DNA of 64,000 bases from assembly GCA_905182795.1 (NCBI GenBank), contig CAJJCZ010000010.1, forward strand, positions 21,013 through 85,012, in the 5' to 3' direction. Each line of letters opens with the position of its first letter. Positions within the stretch are counted from its first letter, which is position 1. The notes under the pieces were generated by a model. The model was given only the letters and a program-made list of their open reading frames with translations, ran no database searches and was not told where the DNA came from. Below are positions 23,432 through 31,709 of the stretch, piece after piece. Origin of the DNA: an uncultured bacterium. Lineage in GTDB: Bacteria; Fidelibacterota; Marinisomatia; Marinisomatales; Marinisomataceae. A program made the translations under genes and the position numbers.

Positions 23432-24385
23432 CTAGTAAATACCTTGAGCAACAGTTTCTTGATAGAATCCCACAACAGCAGATTCTAAAACTACTCCTAC
23501 TGCACGATAAGCATTGGCATTGTCTCTGTATCCAGCATAAGGTGTTGCAACATCAATAGCATTAATTTTGCCATTATTACTACTTCCATAGATTTCAAGA
23601 GTATAGCCTCCGGATAAATATGGGTTAGTGCCAGGAGATGGATTGTCTAATGTAGGAACAACATCAAAAGTATAGCCATTATACGATGAACCAAGTAAAG
23701 TATTCCCAAAACTACTATATCCTCTAATTACTTCTGCAAAAGATGATGAAGAAATAGATGACATTTGACTGATACTAGATTGATTTTCGTAGGCATTCAA
23801 TGCACTATCTGAAAGATTTAAATTCTCAGTAGACAATAAATAACCAAGCTCTATTTGTTGTACAGAATGATCATGTTCGACAAGATTTAATAATATACCT
23901 GAATCAAAATGTGCTTCTACAGAATCAATTGCTGTTTGTAGATAGCTATGATATGTACCATATGAAAGGTTGGCATAGCTATTTCCTTGTGCACCGTCCA
24001 TTAGATTGGCATCAGGATCTAGTTTTGTACGACTAACATTATTATAAATGATATGTGGGAAAAGACCATCAGAATTTGCATTAAAGAATACTGCAAATTG
24101 CTCTGCAACTTTTCTAGTATTCACTGCACGTTCTGTATCTCCCATTCTATCTGCCATATTAGAAGGAACTAGTGTCCCATCATGAGGCACTGTGATAATA
24201 ACAGGAGTGTTACCTACTCTATATTGGATATATCCTTGTCCATCTGAAACTAATTCACCTGGGGTATATATTACAGTAGGAGTCGGAACTGTAGATTGTG
24301 TTGCACGATTATTTCCGCCGCAACTAATTAAAAAAAATAAAGTTAAAATCAGTAGTTTGTTAATATGTAATGCCTTCATTTTCAT
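23432..24385 (-). CDS. Lipoprotein of the N-formylglutamate amidohydrolase (FGase)-like family
   Basis: Lipobox FFLISC|GG. The motif order VIITVPHDGTLVP ... VSRTKLDPDAN ... LVEHDH ... PYLSGGYTLEIYG resembles the FGase pattern (PH.G..P / SR..vD.NR / D.HS / P..GG) from memory. The start is uncertain (24385, 24379 or 24406). Confidence 0.5.
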   Translation of the reverse strand: MKMKALHINKLLILTLFFLISCGGNNRATQSTVPTPTVIYTPGELVSDGQGYIQYRVGNTPVIITVPHDGTLVPSNMADRMGDTERAVNTRKVAEQFAVFFNANSDGLFPHIIYNNVSRTKLDPDANLMDGAQGNSYANLSYGTYHSYLQTAIDSVEAHFDSGILLNLVEHDHSVQQIELGYLLSTENLNLSDSALNAYENQSSISQMSSISSSSFAEVIRGYSSFGNTLLGSSYNGYTFDVVPTLDNPSPGTNPYLSGGYTLEIYGSSNNGKINAIDVATPYAGYRDNANAYRAVGVVLESAVVGFYQETVAQGIY

Positions 24386-26150
24386 CGTATGATCCTCGTT
24401 TATCAAAGCCGGTTATAAATTGTTGATTTTTAAAGTGTACACCATGAGTTTGTGCTATACTATATGTTCCATTTTCTATAACACCATCATGTTCAAAAAT
24501 ATGATTTAATTCTTTTAGTTCATTAATAGTCTGCTGAGTTAATGCGCCTTTTTCATATCGTAGATTATCTGGTAACCACTGGGAATGCGTTCTTGGCATA
24601 TCAATCGCTTCTTGTATATTTAATCCATGATCTACAATACTTATTATATTTTGCAGTACTGCAGTAATAATTCTTGAGCCACCAGCAGCACCTATTGTTA
24701 CTATCGGGTTCCCATTGCTATCAATAACCAATGTAGGGCTCATAGAGCTTAATGGGCGCTTAAATGGTTGAATAGCATTTGCTTTATATCCTACTAAACC
24801 AAAAGCATTAGCTGTCCCTGGTTTTGATGAAAAATCATCCATTTCATTATTTAGTAAAAAGCCAGCACCATCAACCACTTTTTTACTTCCATAACTCATA
24901 TTAAGAGTAGTGGTAATACCTGCAACATTGCCTTCCTGGTCCATAACAGAATAGTGTGTTGTCTCTATACTTTCTTTCGTAAGATTTTTCCCGGCAGCAA
25001 TTTCTGTACTACGTGTTGCTGAATCCATCGAAATTAAAGCCAAGCGTTCTTTTGCATATATTTTTGATGTGAGCATTGGTATAGGATTAGGCCAAAAATC
25101 TGGATCTCCTAAATGTATTGCTCTATCTGCATAAGCTAGTCGTTGTACTTCTGTTAGAAGATGTACAAATTCTGTAGAATTTCTTTGCATAGATTTAATG
25201 TCAAAATTCTCTAACATATTTAACATCTGCACTAAGAGAACTCCACCTGAGCTTGGCGGCCCCATAGAAATAATTTTATTTCCTCTATATGTTCCCACTA
25301 TAGGGTCTCTGTAGACAGATTTATAGTTAAGTAAATCTTCCTTAGTAATGAATCCATCATTTGCATTCATTTCTTTGATAATAAGTTCTGCAGTTTCACC
25401 ATCATAAAATCCAGCATTACCATATTTGGCAATACGTTTTAGTGTATTAGCTAGGTCTGTCTGTACCAATAAATCTCCTTGTGACCATTCATTAATTTCT
25501 GCTAATTGTTTAGTATAATTTTCTTTAGATAAATTTCCATCTTGAAATGCCTTTTGAATACTAAGAATAGTTTGGTCTACATTTTTTACAAAAATATTTG
25601 TTGAGCCTTTATCGTTAAGAAATAATGCCTTATAAGAGTCAAATCCTTGAGCAGCTGTTGCATTAATATGGTGACCGTTCTCGGCATAAAAAATTGCAGG
25701 TGCTAAAATTTCTTCCAATGTAAATTTTCCTGAACCATAATCATTAAAAATTTGTATTAAACCATTTACGGTGCCTGGAACACCAGAAGATTTATGAGAA
25801 TTCAGAGCAAGATCGCGACTATATTCTTGATTTTCATCAAGGAACATCGTTTCATAGGATAGTGCAGGCGCTTCTTCACGAAAATCTAAACTAATTGCGT
25901 CTCCATTAGAAGTTTGTGCTACTAGAAAGCCACCACCACCAAGGTTACCGTTAGAAGGAGAGGTTACTGCAAGCGTAAATCCTGTTGCTACAATTGCATC
26001 AAAAGCATTTCCACCTTGTTCTAGAATATCAATCCCTACTTGGGATGCAAGGCTTGATGTGGAAGACACTCCACCTTTTATATTATCAACTTGATTACAG
26101 CTTATAAGTAGCAATAAAATGGATGTTATTATGGTGTAGTTTATTCTCAT
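24360..26150 (-). CDS. ggt: Gamma-glutamyltranspeptidase, predicted lipoprotein
   Basis: 596 aa with lipobox LLLISC|N, the autoprocessing nucleophile region ETTHYSVMD and the GGSRI motif. Confidence 0.9.
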   Translation of the reverse strand: MRINYTIITSILLLLISCNQVDNIKGGVSSTSSLASQVGIDILEQGGNAFDAIVATGFTLAVTSPSNGNLGGGGFLVAQTSNGDAISLDFREEAPALSYETMFLDENQEYSRDLALNSHKSSGVPGTVNGLIQIFNDYGSGKFTLEEILAPAIFYAENGHHINATAAQGFDSYKALFLNDKGSTNIFVKNVDQTILSIQKAFQDGNLSKENYTKQLAEINEWSQGDLLVQTDLANTLKRIAKYGNAGFYDGETAELIIKEMNANDGFITKEDLLNYKSVYRDPIVGTYRGNKIISMGPPSSGGVLLVQMLNMLENFDIKSMQRNSTEFVHLLTEVQRLAYADRAIHLGDPDFWPNPIPMLTSKIYAKERLALISMDSATRSTEIAAGKNLTKESIETTHYSVMDQEGNVAGITTTLNMSYGSKKVVDGAGFLLNNEMDDFSSKPGTANAFGLVGYKANAIQPFKRPLSSMSPTLVIDSNGNPIVTIGAAGGSRIITAVLQNIISIVDHGLNIQEAIDMPRTHSQWLPDNLRYEKGALTQQTINELKELNHIFEHDGVIENGTYSIAQTHGVHFKNQQFITGFDKRGSYDENEGITY

Positions 26151-26165
26151 GATATGAAAGATAAT

Positions 26166-26196
26166 AAAAAGCCTCTAGAAAAAATAGAGGCTTTTT
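26166..26196 (-). terminator. Intrinsic terminator hairpin downstream of the TonB-dependent receptor gene
   Basis: AAAAAGCCTCTA-gaaaaaa-TAGAGGCTTTTT: a 7-bp GC-containing core stem with flanking A5/T5, about 30 nt after the receptor stop. It ends 16 nt before the ggt ATG. Confidence 0.6.
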
Positions 26197-26226
26197 ATTT
26201 TATTCAGTTATATATAACGGTACTAC

Positions 26227-29013
26227 TTATAGAGTCATATCTAAACGAGTGTATACGTAACGTCCGTTAAATCCAAATGGACTATATCCAGAATGTTGGA
26301 ATATTCCATTGAAACTATTTCTTTTAATAGTCTTGTCTGGGTAAACATCGAAAACGTTATTCATACCAAATGAAACACGTACTTGACTAGTTGCTTGGAA
26401 TGAATATTCCATGTCTGTAGTCCATTTGCTACTTAATACTTGTTCTCTTTCAACAGATCCTGAAGGAATTGTTACTTCACCCCAACGATTCATTTTAACC
26501 ATGAATGTTGTAGTTGGTCTTTGAACTCTTGCTGAGAATTGGAACATCTCTGCAGGAGATGAACTTTCAAATCTAACAGTATTAGCACGGCCTAACAACT
26601 GATCTGTTGTGTAGTCAGCTAATTGTGTTGGAGTTACGAGGTCACCTTTGTTAGTAACTTCAGTATCATTAAAGTTCATAGCTGCTTTTAATAGCAATGA
26701 ACCATTTGAAAGGTCTTGAGTCATAGTCGCAACTATGTCTAAACCGTTTGTTTCAGTATTAATTCCATTAAAGAAGTATCTACCACCAACTGCAGGGATA
26801 TTTCTGTCAGCAAAGAATGTTGCCATATCAGAAGTAGCACCTGAACCATTAAATGTTTCACTCATAGTAATACGATCATCTACTTTAATTTGATAAGCAT
26901 CTACTGCTAAAGTGAAGGTATCATCTTTATAAGTCATACCCATTGAAAGGTTTGTTGATGTTTCTGGCTCAAGGTCTTTTGCTCCTAGAGCGATAGCTGG
27001 TTCTGAATCGTTTGGAAAAGTTCCTACTTCGTAAGGTATTCCATCGATAAAGTTAGTTGCAATAGATGAGAAATAAGCTTCTTGTAAAGCCGGTGCTCTA
27101 AATCCTGTGCTAAATGAACCTCTAGCAGCTACACCATCTTGTATCTCATATCTTACAGCAACTTTACCGTTAGTTGTTGCTCCAAAATCGCTATAATTTT
27201 CTGTTCTTAACGCAACGTTTACTAATAAGTTTTCAAGAACGTTTGCTTCAGCATCAACATAGACACTAATCGCATCTCTGTCACGATCTTGCTCATTTGT
27301 AGGAGATAATCCTGGTAAACATTGACAACCAACTGCGGCGCCATTTCCTGCATTTGGACCATCTAATACATCAAAACCGCCGTCAGCATAACCTGCTTCT
27401 TCACCGGCTTCAATAGTATAGTTTTCCATACGCATTTCAGCACCCATAGCAAGACTTACTGGTCCAGCAAATCCATCCATTTCGAGTTGTTTTGTTAAGT
27501 CAAAATTCACGGTAGTTTGTGAATAGCCTAATGTTCCTAGGTCAAAGTCAGATTGTTGTCCTGGCCCAGTACCATAAGTTGCATTATGACTATTTTTCAT
27601 TCCCCATGCAAAGTCATTTGATCCAGTGTTAACACTTAGATCGTAAGCATAGTCTCCCATAAGACCTTTCATTCCAACTGCAAAAGATTTGTCTGAAAGT
27701 TCTGGGCTAATTAAAGGTAAGAATCCATCTGGATACCATGCACGAAGAGTACGATTATCTTGAGCTCTTCTGTAGTAACATCCACTTTCACCATTTCGTG
27801 TATTAAATCCACCAAATGTGTATAAAGTGCCACGTTCCATAGGGAAACTACCATTCCACATCATACTTACTTGTTCAAATTCACCAGCACCAATACGATG
27901 ATTTTCTCTGTCAAATGCAGCTTCTTCTGCATCCATACCAGCGAAGTACTGTCTTCTTGGATCAAGACCCGCACGGTTTGAACGACCACCGTCACGAATT
28001 TGACCACTTATGTATAGATTTCCACCAAATACTTCCATGCCGTTACCAGCGTGAATAATTAGGCTTTGTCCATCTTGTTTTAAAATCGTTTCATTTCCTG
28101 AACGTGCCCATCCGCGATCTGCAGAATATGGCAAGTAGCCATTGCCTTCATGTTCATCATCAAGATCCCAACCATAAGTTGATGCATCTTGACCATCGAT
28201 TAAGCCTTCACCTGCAGCATAACCTCTATCAAAATAAGAATGATTTTGACCGTAGGTAATGCTCATGTCTGCTCCACCTGATTCTTTTAGTATTAAATTA
28301 ATAACACCTGCGACAGCATCAGAACCGTATTTCGCTGCAGCACCATCACGCAAGACTTCAATCTTAGCGATTGCACTTGCTGGGATAGCATTCAAGTCAA
28401 CTTGAGTTGAACCACGACCAACTGAACCATTTACGTGTACTAATGCACCTTGGTGACGTCTCTTACCATTTACTAGTACTAGAGTCTGATTTGGCGCCAT
28501 ACCACGTAAAGTAGCAGGTCTCATATGGTCAGAACCATCTGTAATATAGCCTTTAGGCGAATTATAAGATGGGATTAAGGCTTGTAATAGTTCACTAGTT
28601 TCTGTGAAACCAGATGCACGAATTTCAAGCTCAGTAATAACTTCTACTGGGACTGCTTGTTCGTCTACATTTCTTGCAAAACGAGATCCAAGAACTGAGA
28701 CAGTATTACCAGAAACTGCACTAGATGCTAGTGAAAAGTTTGCGGTTGCAGAACCATCTACATTTACAGAAACACTTGCAGATTCATATCCAATGTATGA
28801 AGCGGTTACAGTATATGCACCACCTGACACACCGTCGACTGAATATGACCCGTCGGCTGCTGTTGCAGCACCAGATGATGTTCCTTCAACTGTTACATTT
28901 GCACCAAAAAGAGCATTACCTGCTCCGTCAGTCACGGTACCTGAGACTGAACCTTGTGCAAACATAAAGCCGGATATCATAACTAGCGCTATCATATTAT
29001 ATAGCTTTCTCAT
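26227..29013 (-). CDS. TonB-dependent outer-membrane receptor with an N-terminal CarboxypepD_reg-like domain
   Basis: 928 aa with a signal peptide. The GSVSGTVTDGAGNALFGANVTV beta-sandwich is followed by a plug (VLGSRF...VPVEVIT, TLVLVNGKR, DLNAIP..AIAKIEVLRDGAAAKYGSDAVAGVINLILK). The C-terminal barrel ends in ...YVYTRLDMTL. Confidence 0.9.
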   Translation of the reverse strand: MRKLYNMIALVMISGFMFAQGSVSGTVTDGAGNALFGANVTVEGTSSGAATAADGSYSVDGVSGGAYTVTASYIGYESASVSVNVDGSATANFSLASSAVSGNTVSVLGSRFARNVDEQAVPVEVITELEIRASGFTETSELLQALIPSYNSPKGYITDGSDHMRPATLRGMAPNQTLVLVNGKRRHQGALVHVNGSVGRGSTQVDLNAIPASAIAKIEVLRDGAAAKYGSDAVAGVINLILKESGGADMSITYGQNHSYFDRGYAAGEGLIDGQDASTYGWDLDDEHEGNGYLPYSADRGWARSGNETILKQDGQSLIIHAGNGMEVFGGNLYISGQIRDGGRSNRAGLDPRRQYFAGMDAEEAAFDRENHRIGAGEFEQVSMMWNGSFPMERGTLYTFGGFNTRNGESGCYYRRAQDNRTLRAWYPDGFLPLISPELSDKSFAVGMKGLMGDYAYDLSVNTGSNDFAWGMKNSHNATYGTGPGQQSDFDLGTLGYSQTTVNFDLTKQLEMDGFAGPVSLAMGAEMRMENYTIEAGEEAGYADGGFDVLDGPNAGNGAAVGCQCLPGLSPTNEQDRDRDAISVYVDAEANVLENLLVNVALRTENYSDFGATTNGKVAVRYEIQDGVAARGSFSTGFRAPALQEAYFSSIATNFIDGIPYEVGTFPNDSEPAIALGAKDLEPETSTNLSMGMTYKDDTFTLAVDAYQIKVDDRITMSETFNGSGATSDMATFFADRNIPAVGGRYFFNGINTETNGLDIVATMTQDLSNGSLLLKAAMNFNDTEVTNKGDLVTPTQLADYTTDQLLGRANTVRFESSSPAEMFQFSARVQRPTTTFMVKMNRWGEVTIPSGSVEREQVLSSKWTTDMEYSFQATSQVRVSFGMNNVFDVYPDKTIKRNSFNGIFQHSGYSPFGFNGRYVYTRLDMTL

Positions 29014-29101
29014 TGTTTTTTTCCTTTTTTTATGTACATATTAATAAAAATTTGGTACGCACCTCTATCTCTATAGAGATGAATTTACCCTTAGTTGATG
29101 T

Positions 29102-29131
29102 AACTTAGTTGTAAGAGGAGCTTAATGTCAA
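29102..29131 (-). promoter_or_regulatory. Candidate sigma70-type promoter TTGACA-N18-TAAGTT for the TonB-dependent receptor
   Basis: The minus strand reads TTGACA ttaagctcctcttacaac TAAGTT ACATC. The same architecture occurs upstream of topA. It would give a leader of about 85 nt. Confidence 0.4.
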
Positions 29132-29152
29132 TCTTTTAAAGAGGAAGGATTG

Positions 29153-29881
29153 CTATCTTCTACTGCGCAGTTTCATCAAAAGATTTAGAATTTCAATATA
29201 GAGCCAAACTAAGGTAATCATTAACCCAAATGCACCATACCATTCCATATATTTAGGGGCACCACTTTCTGCTCCTTTCTCTATAAAATCAAAATCTAAT
29301 ACCAAATTCATAGATGCAATCCCAATAACAAATAATGAAAATAAAATACCAGTAGTTCCATTTCCAAAGAGCGATCCCATAAATGAGACCCCAAAAAATG
29401 ATAAGATCATATTTAGGACATAAACAATTAAAATGCCAAAAGTTGCAGAAAATACACCCAATCTAAAATTATCTGTCACCTGAATAAGGTTGCTTTTATA
29501 TAGCAGTAATAGAGCTATTAAAATTCCAAATGTTAAAAAAATAGCTTGATTAGCGATACCAGGGTACATGGCGTCTGCCATAGCAGATATACCACCAAGC
29601 ACTACTCCTTCAGCAAGACAATAAAGCGGCACAGTATATGGTGCAGCTTTCTTATTAAAGATAGTAATCATTAGTAACATGAAAGTAAAAATAGTGATTG
29701 GCCAAAATAGCATTAAGGTTATTTCAGGATTATTCCAGCTATAGATAGCCGACGTCATAAGCAGCAGTAGACCTAGCGCAGTTTTATTAACTGTTCCATC
29801 AATAGTCATCGCTTCAGATTGAGCAACCCGTCTAGTATTTCTAAAAGTGTTATTATTTAATGCAGGATTAGCAGATCTCAT
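29153..29881 (-). CDS. BAX inhibitor-1 / YccA family inner-membrane protein
   Basis: 242 aa with about 7 TM helices. The N-terminus MRSANPAL...F...V and the basic C-terminal tail LLMKLRSRR are typical of the Bax1-I family. Confidence 0.8.
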   Translation of the reverse strand: MRSANPALNNNTFRNTRRVAQSEAMTIDGTVNKTALGLLLLMTSAIYSWNNPEITLMLFWPITIFTFMLLMITIFNKKAAPYTVPLYCLAEGVVLGGISAMADAMYPGIANQAIFLTFGILIALLLLYKSNLIQVTDNFRLGVFSATFGILIVYVLNMILSFFGVSFMGSLFGNGTTGILFSLFVIGIASMNLVLDFDFIEKGAESGAPKYMEWYGAFGLMITLVWLYIEILNLLMKLRSRR

Positions 29882-29893
29882 ATTATAATCTTC

Positions 29894-31333
29894 CTATTTA
29901 TTGTCATGAATAAAAGTAGAGATTTTATCAATAGAGACACGTGTTTGTTTCATTGAATCTCGCTCACGTATTGTTACAGACTCATCTTCTAGTGTTTGAT
30001 GATCAAGTGTAATCCCAAATGGAGTTCCAGCTTCATCTTGTCGATAATATCGTTTCCCAATAGATCCCTGTTCATCATATACGCAGGGGAATTCTTTATT
30101 GAGTGCATCAAACACAGACATTGCTTTTTCAGGCAACCCATCTTTTTTAACTAGCGGACACACTACTGCTTTGATAGGAGCTAATTCATAAGGTAGTTGT
30201 AATACAACTCTATTGTTTTCGGTATCTTCAAAGTATGATTCGCATAAGACCATTAAAAAGAGTCGGTTTAATCCTGTAGAAGTTTCAATAATATATGGAT
30301 GATATTTCTCCTGAGACTTTGTATCAAAATAAGTCATATTTTTACCCGAAAATTTTTCATGCTGCTTGAGATCAAAGTCTGTTCTATTGTGGATTCCTTC
30401 AACTTCACCCCAGCCAAATGGAAAATTATATTCAATATCATATGCATCTTTTGCATAGTGAGCTAATGCATCTTCATTGTGCTGATGAAATTTTAGATTT
30501 TCAGATTTAACACCTAAATGATTTAGGTAAAAATCTAATCTTTTTTGTTTCCATAGCTCCATACTACTATCATCTTGCGATGGATGCACAAAATATTGCA
30601 TCTCCATTTGTTCAAATTCTCTAGTTCGGAAAATAAAATTTCTTGCTACAATTTCATTACGAAATGCTTTTCCAATTTGTGCGATACCAAACGGTACTTT
30701 TAGTCTCATAGTATTTTGTACTAATAAATAATTAATAAAAATTCCCTGTGCAGTTTCAGGTCTAAGATATATACTTTTCCCTGTTTTTTCAGAAGGGCCA
30801 GAATCTGTTTTAAACATTAGATTAAATTGTACAGCACTGGTCCATTTCCCAATTGAGCCAGAATATGGATCGATAACTCCAGCATTTTCTAAAACTCCAT
30901 CAGACTTAGCTCCGTCAGATAGTAAAGTTTGTGCAATATCATTATAGATATCATCATTACTAGTATTTTCCATATTTAGTTTGCTACAAATAGCATCAAT
31001 TACTTTTGATTTTTGTCGGGATAAGAGATCGTCTATACGGTATCTTTTTTTATTATCTTTATTGTCTGTCATTGGATCATTGAAATTGGCAATATGCCCA
31101 CTAGCTTCCCATACGTCTGGATGTACCATGATTGCACTGTCAAGTCCTACAATATTCTGATGAGACCGCGTCATTTCTTTCCACCACAGCTCTGATATTA
31201 ATTTTTTAAGTTCTACGCCTAAAGGCCCATAATCATATGAAGCTTTAAGACCACCATAGATTTCAGAGTTAGGAAATACAAACCCTTTCCTCTTGCATAG
31301 CGAAATAATTTTATCTAAGTGTTGTTTATTCAT
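29894..31333 (-). CDS. glyQS: Glycine--tRNA ligase (homodimeric class II type)
   Basis: 479 aa. The N-terminus CKRKGFVFPNSEIYGGLKASYDYGPLGVELK and the FRNE and GIGxxR-type motifs are typical of GlyQS. Confidence 0.95.
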   Translation of the reverse strand: MNKQHLDKIISLCKRKGFVFPNSEIYGGLKASYDYGPLGVELKKLISELWWKEMTRSHQNIVGLDSAIMVHPDVWEASGHIANFNDPMTDNKDNKKRYRIDDLLSRQKSKVIDAICSKLNMENTSNDDIYNDIAQTLLSDGAKSDGVLENAGVIDPYSGSIGKWTSAVQFNLMFKTDSGPSEKTGKSIYLRPETAQGIFINYLLVQNTMRLKVPFGIAQIGKAFRNEIVARNFIFRTREFEQMEMQYFVHPSQDDSSMELWKQKRLDFYLNHLGVKSENLKFHQHNEDALAHYAKDAYDIEYNFPFGWGEVEGIHNRTDFDLKQHEKFSGKNMTYFDTKSQEKYHPYIIETSTGLNRLFLMVLCESYFEDTENNRVVLQLPYELAPIKAVVCPLVKKDGLPEKAMSVFDALNKEFPCVYDEQGSIGKRYYRQDEAGTPFGITLDHQTLEDESVTIRERDSMKQTRVSIDKISTFIHDNK

Positions 31334-31355
31334 CTAAATAATTTAAGTATAGTAG

Positions 31356-31709
31356 TTAAGAAAATAAATACTTGTACAATATTATTAATCCAAGCAATCC
31401 AAATAATAATGGAGCAATAAAAACTAGAGAATCAAATCCATTTTTTGGGGGATTTGCTAGTATATATAAACCATATTTTTCTACATAATAATCTTTGATT
31501 TCCTGATCGGTCATACCCTTAATAACCATCTTTCTAATTTCTGATCGCATTTCTACAGCCACACTTGCTTGAGATTGTTCTAAAGTAAGTCCATCACATA
31601 TCGGACACATTAATTGTCGATTTAAAGAATATAGACGATCTTCTAATGAGGATTGAAAACTAAAAAGAAAAGTAAAAGTACATAAGGTTAAAAAAACTTT
31701 TTTTGTCAT
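31356..31709 (-). CDS. ccmH: Cytochrome c-type biogenesis protein CcmH/NrfF family
   Basis: 117 aa with a signal peptide and the CxxC motif LMCPICDG. The stretch S..A..MR..I..M...G.TDQEI.DY.V.KYG is followed by a C-terminal TM helix, as in CcmH. Confidence 0.7.
   Translation of the reverse strand: MTKKVFLTLCTFTFLFSFQSSLEDRLYSLNRQLMCPICDGLTLEQSQASVAVEMRSEIRKMVIKGMTDQEIKDYYVEKYGLYILANPPKNGFDSLVFIAPLLFGLLGLIILYKYLFS

Noticed and set aside
28604-29044. 146-aa and 80-aa ORFs antisense to the 5' part of the TonB-dependent receptor gene
   Set aside because: The receptor N-terminus is rich in Gly/Ala/Ser/Thr/Val codons, which makes it locally more G+C-rich and depletes antisense stops. The products look like mirror-frame artefacts (Pro/Ser/Thr-rich), and there are no start context signals.
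29014-29152. Possible riboswitch (TPP or cobalamin) upstream of the TonB-dependent receptor
   Set aside because: The region is too short for a cobalamin element. It lacks the TPP hallmarks (CUGAGA ... ACCUGAUCUGGAUAAUGCCAGCG-like core). Only a simple hairpin is visible.
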